DNA of 64,000 bases. Source: Gammaproteobacteria bacterium. Lineage in GTDB: Bacteria > Pseudomonadota > Gammaproteobacteria > UBA4575. Each line of letters starts with the position of its first letter. Position 1 is the first letter of the stretch. Below are positions 21,232 through 33,280 of this stretch, in pieces. Both the position numbers and the translations under genes were made by a program. The notes below the pieces were generated by a model. It had not been told where the DNA came from. It did not search any database and saw only the letters and a list, made by a program, of their open reading frames with translations. Location: assembly GCA_965207475.1 (NCBI GenBank), contig OZ242278.1, forward strand, positions 1,589,935 through 1,653,934, written 5' to 3'.

Positions 21232-21996
21232 TCACTGTTTCAGCCTGTAACCGGTCTTGAAGATCCACCAGATGATTAGCAGGCAGATACCGGTAAACAG
21301 CATCACCATGAACAGGCTGACTTCGACGCGGACGTCGGCAACCTCGTAAAAACTCCAGCGGAAACCGCTCACCAGATACACTACCGGGTTAAACAGGCTT
21401 GCGGTCCTCCAGGCGGGTGGCAGCATGTCGATGGTGTAGAAACTTCCGCCGAGAAATACCAGCGGCGTGATCACCAGCATCGGAATCAGCTGCAGTTTTT
21501 CAAAGTTGTCTGCCCACAGGCCAATGATGAATCCCAGCAGGCTGAAGGAGATACAGGTGAGGACCAGGAAGCCAAGCATCCAGAAAGGGTGGTGGATGTC
21601 CAGTTCGACAAAGAATCCTGCAGTGACCAGGATGATGATCCCGATCAGGAAGGACTTGGTGGCGGCAGCACCCACGTAGCCCATGAGAATCTCGATGAAC
21701 GAAACCGGTGCAGAGAGTACTTCGTAGATCGTGCCCGTGAATCTCGGAAAATAAATGCCGAACGAGGCGTTGGCCACGCTCTGTGTGAGCAGGGCCAGCA
21801 TCATCAGGCCGGGAACAAGGAACGCACCGTAGGGAACGTCCTGGACCGTTTCGATCCTTGTTCCGATGGCTGAACCGAACACGACAAAGTACAGGATGGT
21901 AGAGACGATGGGTGAGACGAAAGTCTGCATGACGGCCTGCCATGCACGCAGCATTTCGTGCTTGTAGATAATGCTGACTGCGTGAACGTTGATCAC
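21232..21996 (-). CDS. ABC-2 type transporter permease (YadH-like)
   Basis: A 6-TM ABC-2 permease coupled to the upstream ATPase. Confidence 0.75.
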   Translation of the reverse strand: MINVHAVSIIYKHEMLRAWQAVMQTFVSPIVSTILYFVVFGSAIGTRIETVQDVPYGAFLVPGLMMLALLTQSVANASFGIYFPRFTGTIYEVLSAPVSFIEILMGYVGAAATKSFLIGIIILVTAGFFVELDIHHPFWMLGFLVLTCISFSLLGFIIGLWADNFEKLQLIPMLVITPLVFLGGSFYTIDMLPPAWRTASLFNPVVYLVSGFRWSFYEVADVRVEVSLFMVMLFTGICLLIIWWIFKTGYRLKQ

Positions 21997-22916
21997 TGGT
22001 CTTGCACCAGGTTGATGAAGATATCCTCCAGCGAGCTTTGGGAAGTGTTCACGTCCTTGAGCAGCAAGCCGGCCTGGTCCACGGCCCGCAGCAGTTCTGC
22101 GATGCCGGTATGCTCGCTGTAGCTGTCATAGGTATAGATCAACCGCGTGCCGTCCGTGGACAGTTCCAGGGACCAGCGGGACAGGGATGGCGGGACCGAG
22201 GCAAGCGGCTCTTCCATTTCTATGGTCATCTGGCGTTTTCCAAGCTTGTGCTTGAGGGCCTGCTTGTCATCCACGACCAGCAATTCGCTTCTGTTTATCA
22301 CGCCGACCCGGTCCGCGATCGCCTCCGCCTCCTCGATATAGTGCGTGGTCAGGATGATCGTCGTCCCGGATTCCTTGAGCCGGGTCACAAGGCTCCACAT
22401 TTCCTTGCGCCGTTCGATATCCACCCCGGCCGTAGGCTCGTCCAGGAACAGAACGGAAGGCTGATGGGAGAGGGCCTTTGCGATCAGTACGCGGCGTTTC
22501 ATTCCTCCGGACAGGGTCATGATCAGGCTGTCCTTTTTCTCCCACAGCGACAGCTGCTTGAGGAGTTCTTCAAGGTAAGCGGGGTCCGGCCGTTTGCCGA
22601 ACAGTCCCCTGCTGAAGCAGACCGTGTTCCACACGGTCTCGAACATGCCCAGGGTCAACTCCTGGGGTACCAGGCCGATCAGGCTGCGCGTGGTCCGGTA
22701 TTCGTGGATGATGTCATGACCGTTTACCATGACGGACCCCTCGCTGGGATTCACGATGCCACAGATGATGGAGATCAGGGTAGTCTTTCCCGCGCCGTTC
22801 GGTCCGAGCAATGCGAGAATCTCTCCGGCGTGGATGTCCAGGTTGATGTTATGAAGCGCACGGTGTCCGTTCGAGTAAACCTTCGACAGGTTGGTGATTG
22901 AAATAACTGGATTCAT
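21993..22916 (-). CDS. ABC transporter ATP-binding protein (YadG-like)
   Basis: Walker A (GPNGAGKT), the LSGGMKRR signature and Walker B are present. Confidence 0.8.
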   Translation of the reverse strand: MNPVISITNLSKVYSNGHRALHNINLDIHAGEILALLGPNGAGKTTLISIICGIVNPSEGSVMVNGHDIIHEYRTTRSLIGLVPQELTLGMFETVWNTVCFSRGLFGKRPDPAYLEELLKQLSLWEKKDSLIMTLSGGMKRRVLIAKALSHQPSVLFLDEPTAGVDIERRKEMWSLVTRLKESGTTIILTTHYIEEAEAIADRVGVINRSELLVVDDKQALKHKLGKRQMTIEMEEPLASVPPSLSRWSLELSTDGTRLIYTYDSYSEHTGIAELLRAVDQAGLLLKDVNTSQSSLEDIFINLVQDQ

Positions 22917-23240
22917 GCCGGCATGGTCAAAGCGGTAATTGTGCGTTGCGTGCTAAAGATACCATCAAACCGGTCTGGGTACCCTTTCCCGTCTCGGACC
23001 CGTGCGCACGAAACCGTCCGGGTGCAGGTACCACTGGAGACACGGCACTTCGTGGACGGATGCCCGCTTGCCGGACCAGGCCCAGCACGGACGGGGTATC
23101 GAGGCCGGTCAGGCCCGCGATGCCAGGAGCGATGAAATATCCGAACAAAGCACTGGCCTCCCCGCAAATTTCATGTACACTAGCAGAAAATCGAAGAAAC
23201 CTGCACGATCAAGACATTTCGAAGCAAAAATCCGGTAGAT

Positions 23241-23684
23241 ATGGCCAAGATTCTAGTTTTAAACGGTCCAAATCTTAACCTTCTGGGCAGGCGCGAACCT
23301 GAAATCTACGGTCATGAGACGCTTGAGGAAGTGGTCCGGCAGGCCCAGGTTACCGCGCACGGGCTCGGTCACCAGCTGGAAGGGTTCCAGAGTAATGCGG
23401 AGCACGAGCTGGTGGAGCGGATACACCGTGCCGGCAAGGAGGGCATCGCCCTGATCATTTTCAATCCGGGTGCGTTCACGCATACCAGCATCGCCCTGCG
23501 CGATGCCCTGCTGGGCGTTGCCATCCCGTTCATCGAGGTGCACCTGTCCAACGTTTTTGCGCGTGAGGACTTCAGGCAGCATTCGTTCCTCACGGACATC
23601 GCGGCCGGCGTGATTTCCGGACTCGGTGCCAAGGGTTACGAACTGGCCGTCCAGGCGGCTCATCACAGGCTGTCCGGAAGCTAG
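23241..23684 (+). CDS. aroQ: 3-dehydroquinate dehydratase, type II
   Basis: The 147-aa protein has the type II DHQase signature. Confidence 0.85.
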   Translation: MAKILVLNGPNLNLLGRREPEIYGHETLEEVVRQAQVTAHGLGHQLEGFQSNAEHELVERIHRAGKEGIALIIFNPGAFTHTSIALRDALLGVAIPFIEVHLSNVFAREDFRQHSFLTDIAAGVISGLGAKGYELAVQAAHHRLSGS

Positions 23685-23686
23685 GC

Positions 23687-24133
23687 ATGGATATTCGAAA
23701 GATCAAGAAGCTCGTCGAGTTGCTGGAGGAGTCCGGGATTGCGGAAATTGAGATCAGGGAGGGCGAGGAGTCGGTGCGAATCAGCCGGGGTGTCCCGGCT
23801 GCTGCAGCCGTCCAGGCGGTTGCACCTCCTGCGCCGCCCGTACAGCCGGCACCGGCTCCCGTCGATACGCCTGACGAACAGGCAGGGGATCATCCGGAAG
23901 GCCACGCCGTCACGTCACCGATGGTGGGCACGTTCTATGAAGCCCCGGCTCCGGGCCAGAAACCGTTCGTGCAGGTTGGGGATTCCGTGCAGTCGGGCGA
24001 TACCCTGTGCATCATCGAAGCCATGAAGATGCTGAATCAGATCGAGGCAGACCAGGCCGGAACCATCAAGGCAAAGCTGGTCGACAATGCGCAACCCGTG
24101 GAATACGGGCAGGCCTTGTTCGTCATCGGCTGA
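23687..24133 (+). CDS. accB: Acetyl-CoA carboxylase biotin carboxyl carrier protein
   Basis: An Ala/Pro-rich linker precedes a C-terminal biotinyl domain with EAMKM. Confidence 0.85.
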   Translation: MDIRKIKKLVELLEESGIAEIEIREGEESVRISRGVPAAAAVQAVAPPAPPVQPAPAPVDTPDEQAGDHPEGHAVTSPMVGTFYEAPAPGQKPFVQVGDSVQSGDTLCIIEAMKMLNQIEADQAGTIKAKLVDNAQPVEYGQALFVIG

Positions 24134-24137
24134 ATAG

Positions 24138-25490
24138 ATGCTCGACAAGGTCGTCATTGCCAACCGTGGCGAGATTGCACTGCGCATATTGCGTGCGTGT
24201 CGCGACATGGGGATCAGGACCGTCGCCATACATTCCGAGGCAGACCGGGACCTGATGCATGTAGGCATGGCCGATGAATCCGTTTGCGTGGGTCCTGCAC
24301 ACTCGGCAAAAAGCTACCTGGATATTCCCGCAATCATCAGTGCCGCGGAGGTGACCGATGCCACGGCCATTCATCCGGGATACGGATTTCTTTCGGAGAA
24401 TGCGGAGTTTGCCGAAATTGTCGAGTCAAGCGGATTTGTGTTCATCGGGCCCAGCGCGGATACCATCCGGCAGATGGGAGACAAGATCACGGCCAAGAAA
24501 GTCATGCAGGCCGCCGGGGTTCCCTGTGTGCCGGGTACTACGGATCCGATCGGTGATGACACGGATGAAACATTGCGCCTGGCCCGGGACATCGGGTATC
24601 CCGTAATCGTGAAGGCGGCAGGCGGTGGTGGCGGGCGCGGCATGCGGATCGTGCTCGAGGAAGACAAGCTGATCGAGTCTGTGATGCTCACCCGTGCGGA
24701 GGCCAAGGCCGCGTTCAATGATGACCGCCTGTATATCGAGAAATTTCTGCTGGCTCCACGACACGTTGAATTCCAAGTGCTGGCGGATACGCATGGCAAT
24801 GCGATACATCTGTGTGAGCGGGACTGCTCCATGCAGCGGCGCAACCAGAAGGTCATCGAGGAAGCCCCTGCATTCGGCATCAGCGAGGAACAGCGCAAGG
24901 CGATTGGAGACTGCGTGACGCAGGCCTGCCGTGAAATCGGCTACCGGGGCGCCGGCACTTTTGAATTCCTGTATGAAGACGGAAAGTTCTATTTCATCGA
25001 AATCAACACGCGCATCCAGGTCGAGCACCCGGTTACGGAAATGATTACGGGCATCGATATCGTCAAGCAGCAACTGCTGATCGCCTCGGGAGAGCCGCTG
25101 TCGTTCGTCCAGAGCGACATCCGTATTCGAGGACATGCCATAGAGTGCCGCATCAATGCCGAGGATCCCTATACCTTCATCCCCAGCCCGGGCAAGATCA
25201 CCCACTTTCACTGCCCAGGGGGGCCCGGCATCCGGGTTGACACCCACCTGTACAACGGCTACACCGTGCCCCCCTACTATGACTCGATGATCGGCAAGCT
25301 GCTCGCTCTCGGGCACAGCCGTGAAGGGGCATTGACGAGAATGGCAGGGGCTTTGCATGAGATCGTGATTGACGGCATCAAGACGAATGTGCCCCTGTTA
25401 CAGGACCTGATGCGCGACGAGGCGTTCAGAAAAGCCAGGCACAACATCCGCTATCTTGAAGACAAGCTGGACAACCGCTCACAGGCATGA
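24138..25490 (+). CDS. accC: Acetyl-CoA carboxylase biotin carboxylase subunit
   Basis: The 450-aa protein is canonical AccC. Confidence 0.95.
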   Translation: MLDKVVIANRGEIALRILRACRDMGIRTVAIHSEADRDLMHVGMADESVCVGPAHSAKSYLDIPAIISAAEVTDATAIHPGYGFLSENAEFAEIVESSGFVFIGPSADTIRQMGDKITAKKVMQAAGVPCVPGTTDPIGDDTDETLRLARDIGYPVIVKAAGGGGGRGMRIVLEEDKLIESVMLTRAEAKAAFNDDRLYIEKFLLAPRHVEFQVLADTHGNAIHLCERDCSMQRRNQKVIEEAPAFGISEEQRKAIGDCVTQACREIGYRGAGTFEFLYEDGKFYFIEINTRIQVEHPVTEMITGIDIVKQQLLIASGEPLSFVQSDIRIRGHAIECRINAEDPYTFIPSPGKITHFHCPGGPGIRVDTHLYNGYTVPPYYDSMIGKLLALGHSREGALTRMAGALHEIVIDGIKTNVPLLQDLMRDEAFRKARHNIRYLEDKLDNRSQA

Positions 25491-25915
25491 ATCAGGCCGG
25501 GCCCCGGTCTACGCTGCCGGAGAAGGCACCGGCCCGCCGCGTGCCATCTGAAAGATGTGCCGTATGTGAAAAGCCGTAAAAAAACTCTTGGAATTGATCG
25601 AGCCAAGTGCGATCATAATATGGAAAACAGCGCGGCAAAGATCGGGTGCGCGGCTGGACAGATTTCTCCAAAATAATAAGACGCTGCCTGCACGTTTTTG
25701 GACAATTAGCAAGTGCCATAAGTATAAAGAGACAGCTTGTATTCGTGCGTCCGGTATCTGCGAGCGTACACACTATTCGAGAACATCACGTCTGACACCT
25801 GAGCTTGGCCTTGTAGTTTGGAGCTGCCTTGGTGCGCAAGGAGAGTCTGCCGCATCAACAGGTACAGGAAGCAAGAATGCCGGGTATCTACCGGCTTGGA
25901 ACATGGAGCTAACGC

Positions 25916-26197
25916 ATGAACTTATCTCCCTCTACCGTCCAACTGGCCGATCTGCACGTCGAAGAAAAAGAACTGTCCTTGCGTGACACGGTCACAAGTT
26001 GTCTCCACCTTTATTTCAGCCAGTTGAGTGACCATGAACCCGAAGGTCTTTATAAAATGTTCATCGAGGAGGTTGAACGCCCGCTTCTTGAAATGGTCAT
26101 GCAGTACTGCAACGGCAATCAGACCAAGGCGGCAAGGTTTTTGGGACTGAATCGAGGAACGCTACGCAAAAAGCTCGTGTTCTACGGGCTGAGCTGA
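25916..26197 (+). CDS. fis: DNA-binding protein Fis
   Basis: The 93-aa protein has the C-terminal HTH sequence [20 protein letters not shown]. Confidence 0.85.
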   Translation: MNLSPSTVQLADLHVEEKELSLRDTVTSCLHLYFSQLSDHEPEGLYKMFIEEVERPLLEMVMQYCNGNQTKAARFLGLNRGTLRKKLVFYGLS

Positions 26198-26223
26198 CCG
26201 GCGGGCTGGACCGGGTTACTCCA

Positions 26224-27798
26224 TTGGCCAATTCCACATGGCAGCCTGTTTGCCGTGCCCTGATCAGCGTTTCCGATAAAGCGGGGGTGGTGGAGTTTGC
26301 CGGTGAACTGGCCAGCCTGGGCATAGAACTGCTTTCTACCGGCAACACTGCGAAGTTGCTGGCCGGGCAGGGGATCGAGGTCACGGAAGTTTCCAGCTAC
26401 ACGGAATTTCCGGAGATCATGGACGGGCGCGTCAAGACGCTGCACCCCAGGATTCACGGCGGGATCCTGGCACGCCGGGACCGGGATAATGCGGTCATGC
26501 AGCAGCACGGAATCGTGCCGATCGACCTGGTAGTGATAAACCTCTACCCGTTTGCCGGGATCACGGCGAGGCCGGACTGCTCTCTGGAAGAAGCCATCGA
26601 GAACGTCGATGTAGGGGGGCCTGCGATGATCAGGGCAGCCGCCAAGAACTTCGAGCATGTGACGGTGATCGTCGATCCGGGTGATTATCCTGACGTCACG
26701 GCACGGCTGAAGAAGCATCACGGCACGCTGGATGCTGCGGTGCGGTTTGATCTTGCAGTGAAGGCATTCGAGCATACCGCGCGCTATGACGGCATGATTG
26801 CGAATTATCTCGGACGGAAGCTTCCGGACGGAGACCCCGAGTTTCCGCGCACGCTCAACCTGCAATTCAGGCAGGTGCAAAGGCTTCGCTACGGTGAAAA
26901 CCCCCATCAGCGCGGTGCATTTTACGTTGAACCGGAACTGGCTGAGCCCTGTGCGGCAGGTGCCAGGGTTGTTCAGGGCAAGAAACTTTCCTACAACAAT
27001 CTGTCTGACACCAATGCAGCACTGGAATGCGTGAAGCAGTTTCCGGACCCTGCCTGCGTGATTGTCAAGCATGCCAATCCTTGCGGGGTTGCCACGGATG
27101 TGGAGATCGCCCTGGCCTATGAACGGGCTTTTGAAACGGATCCGACTTCCGCATTCGGCGGGGTGATCGCGCTCAACCGGGAACTTGACGGCAGGACTGC
27201 CGCGTCTATTCTCGAGAGGCAGTTTGTCGAAGTGCTGGTAGCACCCGTGGTGACCGGGGATGCCCGCAAGGTGCTGAAGGCCAAGGAAAAGGTTCGCGTC
27301 TTGGAATGCGGGGCATGGAAGCAGCCTGTCGCGGCACTGGACTACAAGCGCATCGTGGGCGGGCTGCTGGCACAGGACCGCGACCTGGGTACGGTAACGA
27401 GCAACGATTTGAAGGTGGTGTCCAGGCGCCCACCCGATCACCGTGAACTGGAGGATCTGCTGTTTGCCTGGAAAGTCGTAAAGTTTGTCAAGTCCAATGC
27501 CATTGTGTACGCTCGCAATGGCCAGACTGTGGGCATCGGTGCCGGGCAGATGAGCCGCGTGTACTCGGCCAGGATTGCCGCGATCAAGGCGCAGGATGAG
27601 AAGCTGGCAACAGAGGGTTCTGTAATAGCTTCCGATGCGTTTTTCCCGTTCAGCGATGCCGTACACACAGCACATGAGCACGGCGTTACCGCGATCATCC
27701 AGCCGGGAGGTTCCATGCGTGACGGGGAAGTGGTCGAAGCGGCCAATGCACTGGACATTGCAATGGTGCACACAGGCATGCGCCATTTCAGTCATTAG
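26224..27798 (+). CDS. purH: Bifunctional AICAR transformylase / IMP cyclohydrolase
   Basis: The 524-aa protein has an MGS-like N-terminal domain followed by the AICARFT domain. Confidence 0.95.
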   Translation: MANSTWQPVCRALISVSDKAGVVEFAGELASLGIELLSTGNTAKLLAGQGIEVTEVSSYTEFPEIMDGRVKTLHPRIHGGILARRDRDNAVMQQHGIVPIDLVVINLYPFAGITARPDCSLEEAIENVDVGGPAMIRAAAKNFEHVTVIVDPGDYPDVTARLKKHHGTLDAAVRFDLAVKAFEHTARYDGMIANYLGRKLPDGDPEFPRTLNLQFRQVQRLRYGENPHQRGAFYVEPELAEPCAAGARVVQGKKLSYNNLSDTNAALECVKQFPDPACVIVKHANPCGVATDVEIALAYERAFETDPTSAFGGVIALNRELDGRTAASILERQFVEVLVAPVVTGDARKVLKAKEKVRVLECGAWKQPVAALDYKRIVGGLLAQDRDLGTVTSNDLKVVSRRPPDHRELEDLLFAWKVVKFVKSNAIVYARNGQTVGIGAGQMSRVYSARIAAIKAQDEKLATEGSVIASDAFFPFSDAVHTAHEHGVTAIIQPGGSMRDGEVVEAANALDIAMVHTGMRHFSH

Positions 27799-27916
27799 GG
27801 TATTTGAGCATGTGGCATGCATGGCATCCTGCAGCGGGCAGCTTGGCTTCGGACGGTCAGGGATTCGCGTGGCTTGACAGGAGAGCGGGGTGCCTGATGT
27901 CGTGGAGGCCGCTGCC

Positions 27917-29206
27917 ATGAAAGTTCTCGTGGTTGGAGGGGGAGGGCGTGAACACGCCCTGACCTGGAAGCTGGGCCATTCCGAAAAGGTCTCCAGGATA
28001 TTTGTCGCCCCCGGCAACGGAGGCACGGCGACCGAGCCCAAGGCAACCAACATACCGATCAGCGCTGAGGATCTGCCGGCACTGCTTGACTTCGCCAGGC
28101 AGGAGCAAATTGACCTGACCCTGGTCGGGCCGGAGGCTCCGCTGGTGGCAGGCATCGTCGACCGGTTCAGCGAAGAGCAGCTGCCGGTTTTCGGTCCGTG
28201 CGCCGCTGCAGCCCGGCTGGAGGGATCCAAGGCATTCGCCAAAAAGTTCATGCAACAGCACCGGATCCCGACGGCCCGTTACGAAGTGTTTTCGGATTTT
28301 CGGGATGCGAGGGACTATATCGAGTCCATGCCCGTGCCGATGGTGATCAAGGCTGACGGGCTTGCTGGCGGCAAGGGTGTGCTGATTGTCGGCGATCACG
28401 AGCAGGCCGCGTGCTGTGCAAGGGAAATGCTGAGCGGTGAACGCTTCGGTGATGCGGGCAGGCAGGTCGTGTTCGAGGAGTTCCTCCGGGGGGAAGAAGC
28501 CAGTTTCATCTGCATGGTCGATGGCAGGCATGTCTTGCCCCTGGCAACCTCACAGGACCACAAGAGGCGGGACGCCGGGGATGAAGGTCCGAATACCGGC
28601 GGCATGGGGGCCTATTCGCCGGCGCCGGTCGTGGATGCCGTCCTGCACCGGCGTATACTGGACGAAGTCATCTACCCGACCGTCAACGGGCTTGCCGAAC
28701 AGGGTACACCTTATGTCGGCTTCCTGTATGCGGGCCTGATGATCGATTCGCAGAAAAACCTGCATGTACTCGAATTCAACTGCCGCTTCGGTGATCCAGA
28801 GGCCCAGCCGATTCTCATGCGCATGCACTCGGACCTGGCAGAACTGTGCATGGCGGCCCTGGCCGGCAGGCTCGACGAGCATGCCATCCAGTGGGATTTT
28901 CGCACAGCGCTGGGAGTGGTGCTGGCCGCAGGGGGATATCCACTGGAGGCCTGTAAATCCGGTGCGGTGATCAAGGGACTGCCGGCAGCTGAAACGAGTT
29001 CCTCGAGAAAAGTGTTTCATGCAGGGACCCGGCTGGGCGACGATGCGGTGCTGACGCAGGGTGGACGGGTGCTGTGCGTTACGGCCCTGGGGGACACAGT
29101 CCGGGAAGCCCGCCGGGACGCCTACGATCTCGTGCGGCAGATCTCGTGGCCGCAAATGTTTTACCGTGAGGACATCGGTCACCGGGCTGTGTCTGAAAAC
29201 ACCTGA
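27917..29206 (+). CDS. purD: Phosphoribosylamine--glycine ligase
   Basis: The protein has an ATP-grasp fold. The ATG at 27917 (MKVLVVGGGGREHA) is preferred over the upstream in-frame start at 27890. Confidence 0.9.
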   Translation: MKVLVVGGGGREHALTWKLGHSEKVSRIFVAPGNGGTATEPKATNIPISAEDLPALLDFARQEQIDLTLVGPEAPLVAGIVDRFSEEQLPVFGPCAAAARLEGSKAFAKKFMQQHRIPTARYEVFSDFRDARDYIESMPVPMVIKADGLAGGKGVLIVGDHEQAACCAREMLSGERFGDAGRQVVFEEFLRGEEASFICMVDGRHVLPLATSQDHKRRDAGDEGPNTGGMGAYSPAPVVDAVLHRRILDEVIYPTVNGLAEQGTPYVGFLYAGLMIDSQKNLHVLEFNCRFGDPEAQPILMRMHSDLAELCMAALAGRLDEHAIQWDFRTALGVVLAAGGYPLEACKSGAVIKGLPAAETSSSRKVFHAGTRLGDDAVLTQGGRVLCVTALGDTVREARRDAYDLVRQISWPQMFYREDIGHRAVSENT

Positions 29207-29274
29207 AAACAGGTCATGGTCATGTTGCCCGAGAGTCTGATTGTGCCCGGTACCCGTCAGGCGATTGATCCCGC

Positions 29275-30207
29275 ATGAGAGCCTTAACGGTCTGTGTACT
29301 GGGCGGAACCGGTTTTGTTGGCAGCCACTTGTGTGCGGAGCTCGCCCGACGTGGTCATCGACTCAGGATCGCATCCCGCAGGCGTGAACGTTCCCGGAAA
29401 TTGCTGGTGTTGCCGGGCGCGCAAGTCATCCAGGCCGACGTGCATGATGTGGCCCAGCTTCATGCATGTGTCCAAGGCTGTGATGCGGTGATCAACCTTG
29501 TAGGCATCCTCAACGAGAAAGGCCGCCGCGGCAGGGAATTCCACGCCGTTCATGTAGAACTGGTTCAAAAGCTCATCAACGCATGCGTTCAGTGCAACAT
29601 CACCAGGCTGCTTCACATGAGCGCGCTCAACGCGAGTCCGGATGCTCCAAGTCATTACCTGCGCTCGAAGGGAGAGGCCGAGAATCATGTGCATTCCGCA
29701 GGCGGGAAAGTAGCGGTTACCAGTTTCAGGCCTTCTGTGATTTTTGGCCCGGAGGACGATTTCCTGAACCGCTTTGCATCCCTGCTTGAATGGAGCCCCG
29801 GGATCTTCCCGCTGCCTTGTCCCCATGCCAGGCTGGCACCCGTATATGTGGGCGATATTGCAGGGGTCATGGCAGATACCCTGGGCGACCCTGCGGCCTG
29901 CGGTTCCAGGCTGGACCTGTGTGGTCCCAGGCAGTATACCCTCAGGCAGCTGGTGAGTTACACCGCTGCTGTGTGCGGGCTCAGGAGAAGAGTACTGGGT
30001 TTGCCGAACTGGATGTCCAGGCTGCAAGCGCATCTTTTGGGGTTTGTGCCGGGCAAACCGTTTACCCTGGACAACTACCTGTCCTTCCAGGTTGACAGCA
30101 TTTGCCAGGGGGCAGGTCATTGCCCGACGACTCTTGAGTCCGTCGCACCGGGGTACCTGCGCAAGCGGTCAGATTATGACACCTTTCGCAGCAAGCACGC
30201 CGGTTAA
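29275..30207 (+). CDS. NAD(P)H-binding SDR-family protein (NDUFA9/complex-I-like epimerase/dehydratase family)
   Basis: A GGTGFVG Rossmann motif and atypical-SDR layout are present. Confidence 0.7.
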   Translation: MRALTVCVLGGTGFVGSHLCAELARRGHRLRIASRRRERSRKLLVLPGAQVIQADVHDVAQLHACVQGCDAVINLVGILNEKGRRGREFHAVHVELVQKLINACVQCNITRLLHMSALNASPDAPSHYLRSKGEAENHVHSAGGKVAVTSFRPSVIFGPEDDFLNRFASLLEWSPGIFPLPCPHARLAPVYVGDIAGVMADTLGDPAACGSRLDLCGPRQYTLRQLVSYTAAVCGLRRRVLGLPNWMSRLQAHLLGFVPGKPFTLDNYLSFQVDSICQGAGHCPTTLESVAPGYLRKRSDYDTFRSKHAG

Positions 30208-31256
30208 CATTCCAGGTGCGAGCGGAACAAGCGTGTGCGTTCTTCCTGTGACCGCCTGGAGATTTCCTTCACACGCCGGTAGAAGACGCTGAAGTCGCGG
30301 CCGCATGCCACGAACAGCTGTTTGAACGCAGGAGTCAGGTCCCGGTACAGGGCAAGGGCCCCGAGCTGTGCGTTGTTCAGGGGCCCGGCCATCCATTTGC
30401 GGTATCGGGTCAACTGGTCATTCGTCCGCACTAGGTCTTCGTACTGCTGACGCAGTTCAGCAGTCATTTTCCGCTTTTCGTCGCGCATGGCATCGGCAGG
30501 CAGGTCCGTGGAGTACAGTTGCTTGAATTCACGCCGGGCCTGCCCGATGAAGTCGGAAAACACCTTTTTCTGGGCAATCCAGTTCTCATACCTGTCCTGT
30601 TCGACCTGGCGTGCACCGTGTTCAAACCACAGGCTTACACCGAGTTCCTCAACGGCCGTGGCGAAGGCCTCGTTGAAGCCGGTATCCCCTTTCAGGTAAA
30701 GCTGCTGGTGTGCGAGCTCGTGAAAGATGTAGGAGGCCGTGACAATTTCGCCCCGGTTGAGCATGCTGCTCAGCAAGGGATCATCGAACCAGCCCAGGGT
30801 GGAATATGCGGTCACCCCGGAGACGTGGACGTCCAGCCCCAGCCCGGACAGTTTCCTGGCGTAGGCCCTGGCGTCATGCTTGTCGAAAAAACCCCGGTAT
30901 TTCAGGCAGCCTACTATCGGGAAGCACCATTTGCGCAGTGACACGGAAAATTCAGGTGCGGCAAAAACGCTCCAGACCACGTAGGGCCTGTCCAGCTGGA
31001 CATAGCTGCGGTAACTGTCATTTTCAGGCAGTTTGAGATGCGAGCTTGCGAAGGATCGCAGTTCCTGGGCGAGCATCAACTGATCTATCAGTTTCTTGTC
31101 CAGCCCGGAATCGTTTACGATGTCGGCAATGGGCTTGCGTTTGGAAATCAAGGACAAGTGGCCGCTGACGGATTGATGGTAATACCCGATCGTCGTGCAT
31201 CCTGTGCATAAGCTGGCCAGCAATACCAGACTCAATACCCGGGTACGGTTTTTCAT
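30204..31256 (-). CDS. Putative lipoprotein aminopeptidase (HExxH zinc peptidase-like, DUF2265-like)
   Basis: The N-terminal signal sequence carries Cys residues (LASLCTGC) and a HELAH motif is present. Confidence 0.55.
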   Translation of the reverse strand: MKNRTRVLSLVLLASLCTGCTTIGYYHQSVSGHLSLISKRKPIADIVNDSGLDKKLIDQLMLAQELRSFASSHLKLPENDSYRSYVQLDRPYVVWSVFAAPEFSVSLRKWCFPIVGCLKYRGFFDKHDARAYARKLSGLGLDVHVSGVTAYSTLGWFDDPLLSSMLNRGEIVTASYIFHELAHQQLYLKGDTGFNEAFATAVEELGVSLWFEHGARQVEQDRYENWIAQKKVFSDFIGQARREFKQLYSTDLPADAMRDEKRKMTAELRQQYEDLVRTNDQLTRYRKWMAGPLNNAQLGALALYRDLTPAFKQLFVACGRDFSVFYRRVKEISRRSQEERTRLFRSHLEC

Positions 31257-31286
31257 GATATTTTCAAGTTACCATATTTCCACGGT

Positions 31287-32459
31287 GTGACAATGGAAGT
31301 TTATCTGGTTGGCGGTGCGGTTCGCGATGAGCTTCTGGGCTTGCCCGTCGGCGAACGCGACTGGGTCGTGGTGGGTTCCAGTCCCGGGGAAATGCTGCAT
31401 CTGGGTTACCGCCAGGTCGGCAGGGATTTCCCGGTATTCCTGCATCCGGACACGGGCGAGGAGTATGCGCTGGCCCGGACCGAACGGAAACAAGGCCGCG
31501 GTTACCGCGGATTCGAGGCGCATGCATCGCCGGAAGTCAGTTTGCAGGAAGACCTGAAACGGCGCGACCTGACCATCAATGCCATGGCGAAAAGCCTGTC
31601 AGGAGAAGTGATTGACCCCTATGGCGGCCAGCGGGACCTCGGGGCCGGGCATTTGCGGCATGTCTCGGCAGCCTTCGTCGAGGATCCTCTTCGTATCCTG
31701 CGGGCGGCCCGATTTGCAGCCAGGTTTTCCGCCCTGGGATTCAGGATCGCAGACGAGACGATGCGCCTGCTGCGTGACATGGTCGGGGCCGGAGAACTGA
31801 AGGATGTTCCCCGGGAACGCATCTGGGAGGAAACACGTCGTGCCCTGGCCACACCCTCACCCGGTGTGTTTTTCGATGTGCTGCATCGCCTGAATGCAAC
31901 CGGGCAGGTGTATGCCGGAATGGCTGATGTATTGTTCAGTGAGTCGGCACGCGGGCTGGCGCAGGCAGCACTGGCTAACATCGTACCTCTGGACGATGAG
32001 CCGTGCGTGCGGTTTGCAGTGCTGGTCGGGGGTCTTTGTTTTCACCGGGATGAATCTGTGACGCGGGGTGCCCTTGAGGTTGCCCTGCAGCCAGGCATTC
32101 CGGGACAGTGCAGGGAGTTGCTTGAACTCACGGTGAATTTTCAGCATGCATGTCATGATGCGCTTGAGCTTGACGCCGCTGCGCTGCTGAAACTGTTGCA
32201 CAGGCTCGACGGGAAGCGGCGCCCGGAACGGTTTGCCAGACTGCTGAGGATATGTTCTGCCGTGTATGCTGCCGCGAAAGGACAGGACGAATACCCGCAG
32301 GCAGACTGGCTGCGCAACACATCTGGACGGATCGAGGCCCTCGACACACGTCGGTATATCGGGAACTTGACCGACGGACAGGAAGTCGCCGAAAGGCTGG
32401 AGCAGGCCCGGCTGCAACTGCTGGAGGAAATGATAGGAGAGCGAGGCTCTCCTGGATGA
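31287..32459 (+). CDS. cca: Multifunctional CCA tRNA nucleotidyltransferase
   Basis: A class-II nucleotidyltransferase head (GGAVRD...D.D) is followed by an HD domain. Confidence 0.85.
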   Translation: MTMEVYLVGGAVRDELLGLPVGERDWVVVGSSPGEMLHLGYRQVGRDFPVFLHPDTGEEYALARTERKQGRGYRGFEAHASPEVSLQEDLKRRDLTINAMAKSLSGEVIDPYGGQRDLGAGHLRHVSAAFVEDPLRILRAARFAARFSALGFRIADETMRLLRDMVGAGELKDVPRERIWEETRRALATPSPGVFFDVLHRLNATGQVYAGMADVLFSESARGLAQAALANIVPLDDEPCVRFAVLVGGLCFHRDESVTRGALEVALQPGIPGQCRELLELTVNFQHACHDALELDAAALLKLLHRLDGKRRPERFARLLRICSAVYAAAKGQDEYPQADWLRNTSGRIEALDTRRYIGNLTDGQEVAERLEQARLQLLEEMIGERGSPG

Positions 32460-32474
32460 CTGCAGGAGGCCGCC

Positions 32475-33266
32475 TCACCCGTAGGCAAGCAGCAGCACGC
32501 CTCCAAGCAGAATCCTGTAAATCACGAACGGCAGGACCCCGATCCGGTTCACAAATTTTATGAACCAGTGTATGCAAAGGTAGGTCACTCCAGCCGAACA
32601 CGCGAACACCCCGAGTCCGAAACTCCATCGTATCACCGAAGCGTCCTGCCAGACCTGGTATCCCCCGTACAGGGAGGTTGCCAGAATGGTCGGGATGGCA
32701 AGCAGGAAGGAAAATCGTGCAGCCTCTGACCGTTTCAGGCCGAGCCACATTGCTGCCGTCATGGTGACCCCCGAGCGGGACGCCCCGGGAATGAGGGCTA
32801 GGGCCTGTGCCAGGCCGACCAGCACTGCATCCAGGGTCGTCAACTGCCGTGTCCCCCGCGTGTGACTTCCTCGCCAGTCGGCCAGCCATAACAGCAGGGC
32901 AAACCCTATGGAGGCCCAGGCGATCACGATCGCATTCCGGCTGTACTGCTCGACATGGGTGTGAAAAATGAAGGCCACGACCAGTATGGGAAGCGTGGCC
33001 CACAGGAGCAGCCAGGCTAGATTTCTTTCCCCGCTTTCCTGCCCGGCGGAAGCGGATCCCCTGCCGGTGATCGAACGCAGGTCATCACGAAAATAAACCA
33101 TTACTGCCAGCAGGCTGCCAAGATGGGCTGCAACATCCATCACCAGGCCTTGGTCCTGCCAGTGCATGATAATGGGCAGCAACACCAGGTGTGCCGAGCT
33201 TGAGATAGGCAGAAACTCGGTCAGCCCCTGTATCACTGCCAGCAGGAACGCGTGCAGTGCTTCCAT
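32475..33266 (-). CDS. uppP: Undecaprenyl-diphosphate phosphatase
   Basis: The 263-aa polytopic membrane protein belongs to the BacA/UppP family. Confidence 0.85.
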   Translation of the reverse strand: MEALHAFLLAVIQGLTEFLPISSSAHLVLLPIIMHWQDQGLVMDVAAHLGSLLAVMVYFRDDLRSITGRGSASAGQESGERNLAWLLLWATLPILVVAFIFHTHVEQYSRNAIVIAWASIGFALLLWLADWRGSHTRGTRQLTTLDAVLVGLAQALALIPGASRSGVTMTAAMWLGLKRSEAARFSFLLAIPTILATSLYGGYQVWQDASVIRWSFGLGVFACSAGVTYLCIHWFIKFVNRIGVLPFVIYRILLGGVLLLAYG

Positions 33267-33280
33267 TCTACCTAGACTGC

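Noticed and set aside
25588-25986. 132-aa ORF spanning the accC-fis spacer and the fis start
   Set aside because: It overlaps the fis start in another frame, has low-complexity basic composition and no SD. It is more likely non-coding regulatory sequence.
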